DNA of 64,000 bases from a virus, in IMG/VR virus record IMGVR_UViG_3300021962_000044, positions 32,001 through 96,000 of that record; one strand, written 5' to 3'. Positions 31,951 to 41,046 of this stretch are shown one piece after another. The notes under the pieces are model-generated. The model was not told the DNA's origin. It was given only the letters and a program-made list of their open reading frames with translations, and did not search any database. The translations under genes and the position numbers were made by a program. How positions within the stretch are numbered: position 1 is the first letter of the stretch; each line of letters opens with the position of its first letter.

Positions 31951-31971
31951 AAAGCCCCGAAAGGGGCTTTT
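31951..31971 (+). terminator. intrinsic terminator
   Basis: AAAGCCCC-GAAA-GGGGCTTTT. Confidence 0.85.
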
Positions 31972-31992
31972 ATCTTTTTAGATAAATACTCT

Positions 31993-33687
31993 ATGGACTT
32001 AAAAGAATTACATTCATTCAAAATGTCAGATGCTGTGACATTTCACGATAGCCTCAATCCTAAACTGTTTCGTGGACAACATCTACAACCTGAAGTAGAA
32101 TTACAATTAAAAACCATAGCACAAGACTTTTTACAAGAGATAGGTATACACGACTTAGATGTACGTGATATCACTATTTCTGGAAGTAATGCCGCCTATA
32201 GTTACACAGACCATAGTGATTTAGATTTACATATTTTAGTCAATATGAAGGATTTACCGGATGATGACATTTACCATGAATTCTTCAAAGCTAAAAAAGA
32301 TTTATACAATGACTCACATGATATTACTATCAACGGGATTCCAGTAGAATTATACATACAAGATGCGGCAGAACCTGTAACTAGTTTAGGTGAATATAGT
32401 GTTAAAGATAATAAATGGTTGCGAATGCCCGCAAAGCGTAGAGCAAACTTTGACCAAACAGCTACTAAGTCAAAATATATAAAACTATTAGATATTATTG
32501 ATACAACATTACAATCTGATAAAATAAGTAAAGTTAATAAAGTATTGAAAAAGATTAAACAATATCGTCAAGCTGGATTAGATAAAGGTGGTGAGTTTAG
32601 CCCTGAAAATCTAGCATATAAAGCATTACGTAGCCGTGGTTACATTACAAAGTTATATGACTTAAGAGACAGATTACATAGTAAGCATTTGAGTTTAAAT
32701 AACATGTATGCTAATGTAGATGAAGATTATGATCCAAATGGTATTCCTCCTGGACCAGAATTTAAGCCAACCATGCCAGCCGGTACTGTTAAAGTAGATG
32801 TAAGTGATACATATGATTGGTATAAGTTGGGACAACATATCAGTAATCTTGATGGATTGGGTAAACATGACTTTGGGCAAGGTCCTCCAAGTACTATAAT
32901 GGCATTTGGTAGTGAAGAGGCAGAACATAAGTATATTGATGCACTAAAGAAAACTGGTCTTACCACAACTGATATTGATCCGTTAGATCCTAATCAACCT
33001 AAAGGTATGAAGCGTCAAAAGACTGACCCTACATATAATGTAAATGAAGCTGTTACTGATAATTATCTATATCACGCTACTATGCCTGCAGGCATGATGC
33101 GTATATTGCGTACAGGTATAATTAAAGCAACTGATAGACCGCAACCATCTACTAAATCAAAAACACAATACCCTACAATTAGTACAACTAGATCAAAACA
33201 ATATGCAGAATCAAACGATTTTGTAGATTTCTTAAACTTAACCAACGACGGTAATGCAGTCATATTAGTATTTGATCGTGCCGCAGTCGCTAATCATTAC
33301 AAAATGTTTAGTACAAGTCAAGGTACACAGACAGTAGGTGACGAATATGAAGAAGTAATTGTTGCCCCCAAAGGAGCAATGCCGATCAAAGGAACCTTAA
33401 AGGGCTTCTATTTCAACCCTAGAAGCACAGAAGAAATAGAAGGATATAAAGATATACCTTGGTTCAACGAGTTATTGACCAGTCCATATTATATAGGACC
33501 AAAACAAGGTGTGGCGGAAGCATCAGGTTATATCCCTAGTGAAAAACAGAAGAATGACCCAAGATTTAGTACAGCATTAACAGTAGATATTAAGCCCGAC
33601 AGTATCAAAAAGAACGCAAAAGCATTCTATTGGAATACTAGTAGAGCAGGTATTCCTCCAACAGCAAAGCCATCAGGCAAAATCTAA
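31993..33687 (+). CDS. mosaic protein: Pol-beta-superfamily nucleotidyltransferase plus ADP-ribosyltransferase-like module
   Basis: ISGSNAAYSYTDHSDLDLHI (GS..DxD) and VELY; later YLYHAT..ISTTRS..LVFDR..EYEEVI between VNE and QGVAE. Confidence 0.65.
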   Translation: MDLKELHSFKMSDAVTFHDSLNPKLFRGQHLQPEVELQLKTIAQDFLQEIGIHDLDVRDITISGSNAAYSYTDHSDLDLHILVNMKDLPDDDIYHEFFKAKKDLYNDSHDITINGIPVELYIQDAAEPVTSLGEYSVKDNKWLRMPAKRRANFDQTATKSKYIKLLDIIDTTLQSDKISKVNKVLKKIKQYRQAGLDKGGEFSPENLAYKALRSRGYITKLYDLRDRLHSKHLSLNNMYANVDEDYDPNGIPPGPEFKPTMPAGTVKVDVSDTYDWYKLGQHISNLDGLGKHDFGQGPPSTIMAFGSEEAEHKYIDALKKTGLTTTDIDPLDPNQPKGMKRQKTDPTYNVNEAVTDNYLYHATMPAGMMRILRTGIIKATDRPQPSTKSKTQYPTISTTRSKQYAESNDFVDFLNLTNDGNAVILVFDRAAVANHYKMFSTSQGTQTVGDEYEEVIVAPKGAMPIKGTLKGFYFNPRSTEEIEGYKDIPWFNELLTSPYYIGPKQGVAEASGYIPSEKQKNDPRFSTALTVDIKPDSIKKNAKAFYWNTSRAGIPPTAKPSGKI

Positions 33688-33742
33688 TAAGTTTCCATAT
33701 TATGGTATTTTGATAAATACACTATTAGTATGGAAATCCGTT

Positions 33743-35026
33743 ATGAAAATCAAACAAATCACTGAAACTACAACAGCAGGTGCAATAGCTACTGTAAATT
33801 CACCATTAGGTGGCACACAAAGTAGAGGAAATCCTAGCATATATGGTGGCAAGAAAGTAGGAACTCTATTCAAGGGTAAAAAGACTAAAGCCCCATATGC
33901 TAATAGCATCAATGAAAGTGCTGAACTTAGTGAAGCACATTTAGAAGAAGATGATGTTATTGTTGTTCCAGGACAGGGTCGTAGTCGTAAAAACGGATTT
34001 GTTCCACATGGCCAAAGTCGTGTAGACCACGAAGTTGAAATGGCACGTAGTGATTTATTCAGTGCCGCAAAGAATGCTCAACAAGTCTTTTCAATGATTA
34101 AAGATGTTAGTGAAGATGAAGGTCTTGACGGTTGGGTACAAGAAAAGATTATTAAAGCCAATGATTATCTAAACACTATACGTGAATACCTAGAAGGTAA
34201 GCAAGTTCAAGGTGTAACGGAAAACAATCAAAGAGTTGATTCACTTGTCACAGACTCATTAAAAATAATGCGTGGTCCAGAAGTAAATGATGCAGTCAAA
34301 GCAATAAAGACTGTGCTAGGAGAAAGAGAATACAATAGCCGTCGCGGTTATTATAGTTTCTATGTTCGACAACTAATGGATATGCATGGTCAAGAAGGTT
34401 TAACGGAAGGCTTACACCCAATGATTATTGATGATGTTAAAAAATTAGCAACGTTGAGTCCTACTGACAGATATAGTGCTTATTCTAATATTCGTGGTTA
34501 CTTCAAGGCCGACCCAGCGTTGAGCAAGATGGCGTCAGATTTAATGGGAGGATACTACGAAGCAGACATGCTTAGAGGCAAGTATAAAACAGCCGAAGCA
34601 AAAGCCAAGTATGCTGAATTAGAACCAATGCATCAGGCATTTATTAAACAATCACTAGGTCAAGAGCAAGGTGTAACGGAAGGCTCCAGAAACGCATATT
34701 TGAAGCACAACAATTTAATTGATTTAGAAAAACCACTTGCCGGATTAAAGGACGAGTTTAATAAGTTTTTGCGAACCCACGATCCTGAAGAAAAACAAAA
34801 ATTCCAACAAGGTATCAAACAAAGAATAAAGACACGCCCAATGGCGGGACCTAAAGGCGTATTACCAGAGCAAGGTATATCAGAAGGCGCTAAAGTTGAC
34901 CGTATGGTTAAGCACATTGAAAAGTCAGAAGAAAAATCTGGCAAGAGTAAAAAAGAAGCTGAAAACATTGCTTGGGCAACTGCTAACAAACGTGGCATGT
35001 TAAATAACAAGAATAAGAAAGCGTAA
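33743..35026 (+). CDS. mosaic putative head-packaged protein (leader MKIKQITE)
   Basis: In-frame ATG 33743 downstream of TAAATA 33714-33719; four (Q/E)G(V/L/I)(T/S)E junctions. Confidence 0.65.
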   Translation: MKIKQITETTTAGAIATVNSPLGGTQSRGNPSIYGGKKVGTLFKGKKTKAPYANSINESAELSEAHLEEDDVIVVPGQGRSRKNGFVPHGQSRVDHEVEMARSDLFSAAKNAQQVFSMIKDVSEDEGLDGWVQEKIIKANDYLNTIREYLEGKQVQGVTENNQRVDSLVTDSLKIMRGPEVNDAVKAIKTVLGEREYNSRRGYYSFYVRQLMDMHGQEGLTEGLHPMIIDDVKKLATLSPTDRYSAYSNIRGYFKADPALSKMASDLMGGYYEADMLRGKYKTAEAKAKYAELEPMHQAFIKQSLGQEQGVTEGSRNAYLKHNNLIDLEKPLAGLKDEFNKFLRTHDPEEKQKFQQGIKQRIKTRPMAGPKGVLPEQGISEGAKVDRMVKHIEKSEEKSGKSKKEAENIAWATANKRGMLNNKNKKA

Positions 35027-35027
35027 T

Positions 35028-38000
35028 ATGAGCAATATTCTTAAAGGTATAATAAACGAAGTTAGTCCACATAACTATGATAGTGATTGGGATTATCAAG
35101 ATGCAGTAGCACGTAGTGGTAAATCACGTTCTAGCTATCGTTCACAAGAAGATGATACTTTTGACTCTGATGTTGCATATTCCAGAAAGATGTATCAATT
35201 GGGACAACAACAAAAGGCTGCAAAAGAAAAAGCACAACGTGATAGTGACCATGATAGATTGGCAAGTGGTACAAATGAAGATATAACTGAAGCCTCTAAT
35301 CCTTATGAACCAGTAATGATTCAAGGTTATGATAAGTGGCTTAAGTTAGTTAGTATTCCTAATGTTGATAGACATGCTTATAAAAGTGATATAACAGCAG
35401 TTACTTCCTTAGGTGATGTGATTGGTGAATTTAATACAGATAAAGATTTAGGATACGTTATTAAAAAATATGCTAAAGGTGTTAGTGAGAGTTTAGATGA
35501 TCCATGGGGAGATCAAGGTAACTTTGCAGGTGATAAGCCAGTTAATCTTGGTGGTGTCTCTATTAAGAATATACAAGTGGGTGATACTGTTAAGTATTTT
35601 GGACAACCTTCAAAAGTAGTTGCTATGAGTAAGGATCGTAAATATTCTCGCATCACAATTTCTAAAGGCATGGGTACTGTTACACAAGATGTATTAACAC
35701 GTGACTTACAACAATTAGGCCAGGGCAAAGCAATAGAAGAAAATGATAATATTCAAACTAGAATGCGAATGGATGATTATTATAAATTGGCAGATGCTAT
35801 TCAGGAAAAACTTAGACAAGCAATTAAACTAGGTGATAACGAACTTGTACATAAATTATCCAAAGAACGTGCTGACTTAGATGCACGTGTTAAAAAATAT
35901 GGATTGATACCAGAATCACAACTAGATGAAATCTCTAATGAAAAGTTAGCACAATACAAAACAGCTGCCGCATTAGATGCAGGCAAAGCTGATAAAGAAG
36001 GTGATTATAAACGTGGCGATAAACGTTTCAGTGGTATTGTTAAAGCAACTAAGAAACAGTTTGCTAATGATACAAAGAAATCTGGTATCAGTCAAGGTAT
36101 AAATGAATTTGCCCCCATTAAACCCCCTACTGCCGGGGCATTTGGTGGTAATAAAGATTACGGACAACCAAATAGTTCACGCTATATAGGTGGTAACAAG
36201 TTTGTAGTAGGTACTACTAACAATTATGTATTGACCGCTACAATAGACAAATGGGGATTAGAATGGGATGAGGATGACGAGATATGGTTCTTAGACAGTC
36301 CCGGTGCCGCACATATTGCTGATGCTAGTGAAGGTGAAATAGAACTACCTCCACCCCGTGAACAAAGAAATCAAATACATGATTTAGTAACTGATTATCT
36401 TAATGAAAGAAATTCTGCTGATTTACAAAAGGTAGCCGCATATTATGGTCACAGTAATGATGGCGAAATGGCAACAAATGAAAGTTCAGAAGCACCTAGA
36501 TTTAACAGTAAACAAGAAGTTATTAATCACTTTGTTAAAAACGGCAAAAGTGCGGCAGCAGGTGCAGCGGCATGGGAACGTGGTTATAGAGGTTCATCTA
36601 AGAAACCAATAGAGTTAAAAAAACCACCACAAAGAAGTTACCATGATGAACTAGATGATAAACGTTATTCAAATACATTTGAAAACTTAGGTGATCAATT
36701 GAAATCTAATTCATTAAACGCACTAGTTCAAGCCAAATTAGCTATAGAGCAACAACGTCAAGCTGAAATAGAAGCTTGGAAAAGAGATTTTGAAAAGAAT
36801 ACAGTACAAAAAGCACAACAAGGTTTACGTAGAGAATTTGAACCAACTCCAGTTGCACAGCCTGGCGAGAAGCATTCTGTATTGAAAGCTAGGTTAGCAC
36901 AATTAAATAATGCTATACAGAAGCAAGAACTAGTAGATAAGTTAGTTGATAGATTAGAGCGTAAGGGTTTAATGACTCCTGCAATGCAAAACGATACTGA
37001 TACAAGAATGCATGTTAAGTATGGTGCAAAAGATAACTATCAATCTTTAAATAAAAAATTAGACAATGCTATTCAAATGTTACAGAATAGATTAAATATC
37101 CGTAAAATTTCTGGATTAAAAGAAGGTCATGATGAGCGTGATGAATATGATAATCCTAGAATGGGTAGAGATTACGGCAAAGGCAATCTATTTGTAGATC
37201 CTGGTTCAAATGAATTTAAAAAAGAAGTACATATAGGTAGCAATGACGGCGAACGTGGCAGACCAAAAAATCTAAAGGGTGTTTCAAAAGTATTACCAGC
37301 TGATGCATTTGGCCGTACTACAGGTAAGATACCAGATAGTGCAAGACCAACATCAAAAGAAGATCCTTTTAAAGACGTTGATGAAGACCTAGACGAAAAT
37401 CTACATAAGTGGTTTCAAGAAAAGTGGGTACGATTTGGACCTGATGGTAAGATCCGTGGTGATTGCGCTAGAGGTGATGATAGTGAAGGTAAACCAAAAT
37501 GCTTACCACAAAGTAAAGCACAGAATTTAGGCAAAGCAGGTCGTGCTAGTGCGGCAAGTCGTAAGCGTAGAGAAGATCCTAATCCAGAACGCAGTGGTAA
37601 GGCTATCAATGTTGCTACTAAGAAAAAGAGTAACGAAGGTGTGGCGGAAGACCAACTTGATGAATTAAGTTGCTGGTCTGGTTATCATAGAGTCGCTGGC
37701 ACCAAAGCAGGCTTTCCAGGTAGTTGTGCTAAAAATAAAACAAACGAAGAAGCAGTTGATGAAGCTGATATGAACCGTAGAGGATTCTTAAAAGGTATGG
37801 GTGCGGCGGCTGTGGCAGGTAGCGCATTAGTTAATCCTATTGTTGCTAAAGCGCAAGATTCAACATCTGCTAGAGGAATAACAAAATCTGATTTACAAAA
37901 AAAATTCCCTAATAGTTTAGATATTAAAGCGACAGGAACAAGACCACCCTCTATTATAACGGATTTAGGTTTATCATCCGGTAAAAATTTAGAATTGGAA

Positions 38001-39365
38001 GTAAAGACTACCGATTTATTGGGTAATGCATCGTTAGGATATATTGAATTTATAAATGATATAATGGTTGGTCAATTTTATATCACTGATAAATCAAACT
38101 TACCAAAAATTTCAGCGTTTACTAAAAAGCCAGAAATTATTGAGTATTTTAAAAATATAGCCACACGAATATTAGGCACGGGTAAATTAGGTTCTGTTCA
38201 AGGAAAAATCTCACTAGACAAAGTAAATACGGATCAGGGAGTGGGAGCCGGAGTGATGAAAGGACTCTTTGAAATTAGTTATGATACAATTAATATTAAT
38301 GTAGAAACATCAAATGGATCAATTAACCTATTAGTCGGTGCCTATGAAAGTGGAAACTACTTTGTTATAAGTTTAATAACTGCAATAAAAAAACAACAAA
38401 ATAATTTAACACTTGACGAATTCAACAAAAAAGTTGTGGCGGAAGAACAACATAGTTGCCCACATTGCGGTGGCGAGATGGTTAGTGAAGAACTAATGAA
38501 TGAAAAGAAAGATGCTTGCTACTATAAAGTAAAGAGTCGTTATAAAGTATGGCCAAGTGCTTATGCATCTGGTGCGTTAGTTAAGTGTCGTAAGAGTGGT
38601 GCTGATAGTTGGGGAAACAGCGGTAAGAAAAACGAAAGCATTGAAGAAGGCTGGCAAGATGAAGCACAAGAGTTAGAGGACTGGTCAAAAGAAGTCAATA
38701 AGAAATTGTATAGAGCGCATGAAACTCAGCGTCCTGGACTAGCAAGACAACTAAGCAAACTAGAACAAAAACATTTTGGTAGTAGTCTAAATCAAGGATC
38801 ACTTACAGAAATAGTTAAGGCAGCATTGATGGCATTACAAAAAGGTCAAATGGTTCACTATGATCCACAACAAGTAGGTCAAATGCCATTTGGTAACATA
38901 GTAGGCGATGAAGCTAAACTTATTGCAAAATATAATATAACCCGTGACGAACTTGCTGGTTACCGTATGTTACACGATAAAAATATGGTAGATAATCTTG
39001 AACAATTTTTAAAGTTACGCCGTTTGGTACGTGCAAAGTCATGGCCTCTAGAGTATTATGAAGAACTAGAGAAGTTAACACCGGAAGAAGCATGGTTAAA
39101 AATGGCCGATGATTTGAATTGGTCCAAAGATGACATGAATGAAGAAATTCAATCTAAAACAGATGATAAGTTATTAGCATACTACGCACAGCGTAAGGCT
39201 GAAAAACAAAAACAACAAAGTCAACCACAAGACCAACTTGATGAAAAGTGGACTAAGAAATACAAAGATAGCATCAACTGTAGTAATCCAAAAGGATTTA
39301 GTCAAAAAGCACATTGTGCCGGTAAACAGAAAAATGAAAGTGCTATTATGAAAGGTCTTAAATAA
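35028..39365 (+). CDS. 1445-aa mosaic putative polyprotein with an internal Tat-signal module
   Basis: Leader MSNILKGIINE; more than 15 short modules bounded by xxE motifs; MNRRGFLKG..AKA at 37770-37853; small Cys-containing basic modules. Confidence 0.7.
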   Translation: MSNILKGIINEVSPHNYDSDWDYQDAVARSGKSRSSYRSQEDDTFDSDVAYSRKMYQLGQQQKAAKEKAQRDSDHDRLASGTNEDITEASNPYEPVMIQGYDKWLKLVSIPNVDRHAYKSDITAVTSLGDVIGEFNTDKDLGYVIKKYAKGVSESLDDPWGDQGNFAGDKPVNLGGVSIKNIQVGDTVKYFGQPSKVVAMSKDRKYSRITISKGMGTVTQDVLTRDLQQLGQGKAIEENDNIQTRMRMDDYYKLADAIQEKLRQAIKLGDNELVHKLSKERADLDARVKKYGLIPESQLDEISNEKLAQYKTAAALDAGKADKEGDYKRGDKRFSGIVKATKKQFANDTKKSGISQGINEFAPIKPPTAGAFGGNKDYGQPNSSRYIGGNKFVVGTTNNYVLTATIDKWGLEWDEDDEIWFLDSPGAAHIADASEGEIELPPPREQRNQIHDLVTDYLNERNSADLQKVAAYYGHSNDGEMATNESSEAPRFNSKQEVINHFVKNGKSAAAGAAAWERGYRGSSKKPIELKKPPQRSYHDELDDKRYSNTFENLGDQLKSNSLNALVQAKLAIEQQRQAEIEAWKRDFEKNTVQKAQQGLRREFEPTPVAQPGEKHSVLKARLAQLNNAIQKQELVDKLVDRLERKGLMTPAMQNDTDTRMHVKYGAKDNYQSLNKKLDNAIQMLQNRLNIRKISGLKEGHDERDEYDNPRMGRDYGKGNLFVDPGSNEFKKEVHIGSNDGERGRPKNLKGVSKVLPADAFGRTTGKIPDSARPTSKEDPFKDVDEDLDENLHKWFQEKWVRFGPDGKIRGDCARGDDSEGKPKCLPQSKAQNLGKAGRASAASRKRREDPNPERSGKAINVATKKKSNEGVAEDQLDELSCWSGYHRVAGTKAGFPGSCAKNKTNEEAVDEADMNRRGFLKGMGAAAVAGSALVNPIVAKAQDSTSARGITKSDLQKKFPNSLDIKATGTRPPSIITDLGLSSGKNLELEVKTTDLLGNASLGYIEFINDIMVGQFYITDKSNLPKISAFTKKPEIIEYFKNIATRILGTGKLGSVQGKISLDKVNTDQGVGAGVMKGLFEISYDTININVETSNGSINLLVGAYESGNYFVISLITAIKKQQNNLTLDEFNKKVVAEEQHSCPHCGGEMVSEELMNEKKDACYYKVKSRYKVWPSAYASGALVKCRKSGADSWGNSGKKNESIEEGWQDEAQELEDWSKEVNKKLYRAHETQRPGLARQLSKLEQKHFGSSLNQGSLTEIVKAALMALQKGQMVHYDPQQVGQMPFGNIVGDEAKLIAKYNITRDELAGYRMLHDKNMVDNLEQFLKLRRLVRAKSWPLEYYEELEKLTPEEAWLKMADDLNWSKDDMNEEIQSKTDDKLLAYYAQRKAEKQKQQSQPQDQLDEKWTKKYKDSINCSNPKGFSQKAHCAGKQKNESAIMKGLK

Positions 39366-39411
39366 TGAAAGACTATGATTTTTATTGGAATTTAAAAGGA
39401 TACCCTAGAGG

Positions 39412-40011
39412 CTAATCAAAAATTATTCTCCAACCCTTATAAGAGGTCTCGTTTTTTCGGATGAGACCTCTTAATCCTTTAGTACTAATAGAGTATTTTA
39501 TAGCAAATTCATATGAGGTACTGTATACTCTTTCTAGAGTATTGATGTTCTCAAAGCAATAGACTGTTTTATTAAATCTAGTATTATTAGTTCCGGCTTT
39601 GGATCGTTTTGTGAATTTTGAAGCATATTCATTTGATATTAATCTGCCGCGCACCCAACCTTCTGGAATATCTCCACGAATTTTCTTATTAATAATACCA
39701 TTGTTAATCCAAATAGTGCCATACATTGGATTATTCTCACCGGTATTCGATAATTTTGCGAGATAAGATTTTTCTTCAGGAGAGACTTTCATTCTCTGAG
39801 ACATGATTAAACATGCTTTGTAATCCCCTTGTGATTTATGTATTTCGTAATGTTCTTTGATGGAAACACATAGTAAATTTGATATTTCATTATTATTGTG
39901 ATTTCCATCAATATGATGAATTTCATAACTGCGACCATCTTCATCTTTAGGAATGGGCCCTATAAATGTTTCGTAAATCTTACGATGATCCGTGGTTGAA
40001 TAAATACTCAT
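39412..40011 (-). CDS. free-standing HNH homing endonuclease; probable start ATG 40011
   Basis: YEIHHIDGNHNNNEISNL.C.S..EH; GENNPMYG and WINNG..GWVRGR DNA-binding motifs; opposite strand to neighbours; SD AAGGAG. Confidence 0.88.
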   Translation of the reverse strand: MSIYSTTDHRKIYETFIGPIPKDEDGRSYEIHHIDGNHNNNEISNLLCVSIKEHYEIHKSQGDYKACLIMSQRMKVSPEEKSYLAKLSNTGENNPMYGTIWINNGIINKKIRGDIPEGWVRGRLISNEYASKFTKRSKAGTNNTRFNKTVYCFENINTLERVYSTSYEFAIKYSISTKGLRGLIRKNETSYKGWRIIFD

Positions 40012-40111
40012 GCTGGTGCTCCTTTTTAGCATTAGAGTAGTTGGGCCTGCCAGCCGCGAACTACACTTTTATTTATCATAAGTTTAGATAAATATATGAA
40101 TAAGGATTAAT

Positions 40112-40552
40112 ATGTTAGTAGAAAACTTAAAAGTGTTATTGGCTAGTACTCAAGTGTTTGCGATTAAAACGCAACAATTCCATTGGTGCGTAGAGGGGAC
40201 CAACTTCCCGCAATATCACGAATTCTTTAATACGTTATATGGAGATGTGAGTGCTACTATTGATCCTATTGCTGAATATATTAGAATACTAGGTCATTAC
40301 ACTCCGGGTAGTTTAACACGTTATGCAGAACTAAGTATCATTCAAGACCAAATTAAAATTCCACGTGCTGAGTTAATGTTTGCAGAATCATTGCAAGATT
40401 GTGAAGCAATGGGTCAACTTGTTGTTGCTATGTTTGATCAGGCAGCTAGTGAGAATCAGCATGGTATCGAAAACTATATGGCTGAACTACAAGATTTGTA
40501 TGGCAAGAAAGCATGGTTTATCCGTTCAACATTAAAAAGAGAACGTGAGTGA
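40112..40552 (+). CDS. dps: Dps/ferritin-like protein
   Basis: K...FHWCVEG.NF..YHEFF..LY..IDPIAEYIR.LG; C-terminal K.AWF. Confidence 0.88.
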   Translation: MLVENLKVLLASTQVFAIKTQQFHWCVEGTNFPQYHEFFNTLYGDVSATIDPIAEYIRILGHYTPGSLTRYAELSIIQDQIKIPRAELMFAESLQDCEAMGQLVVAMFDQAASENQHGIENYMAELQDLYGKKAWFIRSTLKRERE

Positions 40553-41046
40553 GAGCAATTGATTTTTTAATTGAAGTAGGTGACAGTCCATACAAGTTAC
40601 CTAACCGTTGGAAAAACAACGGAGATTCTGTTAAGAAGTCAATAGAATTACCTAGTGGTAATTATTTAGAAATTGATATAACGGCTGATACTAAATTAGC
40701 TTTAGTAAATTTTTATGTAGGTGGAAGTCAAAAAATTACAGGTGAGGGTGATGCTATTAAAATCTTTTCAACTGTAGGTAATGCCATAAATGATTATGCT
40801 ATAAAGAAAAGACCATATGTAATTTGTTTTACTGGTCACATATTTGATAATAGTAGAATACGTTTATATGATAGATTAGCAAACAGATGGTTAACTATGC
40901 CCGGGCTTAAGGGATATGTTAATTTAACAGACCATGAAGATTTATGGCCAACAGATTTAGTATATTTTATGGATGATATACAAGATTTAACCGATCAAAA
41001 AATTTATGTTTTAGCAAGCCCAACTTGGATGAGAAACGTAACATGA
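40549..41046 (+). CDS. hypothetical protein (leader MRAIDFLIE), paralogue of next gene
   Basis: EVGDSPY, ITGEGDAIKIFSTV, SRIRLY shared with ORF 41043. Confidence 0.65.
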   Translation: MRAIDFLIEVGDSPYKLPNRWKNNGDSVKKSIELPSGNYLEIDITADTKLALVNFYVGGSQKITGEGDAIKIFSTVGNAINDYAIKKRPYVICFTGHIFDNSRIRLYDRLANRWLTMPGLKGYVNLTDHEDLWPTDLVYFMDDIQDLTDQKIYVLASPTWMRNVT

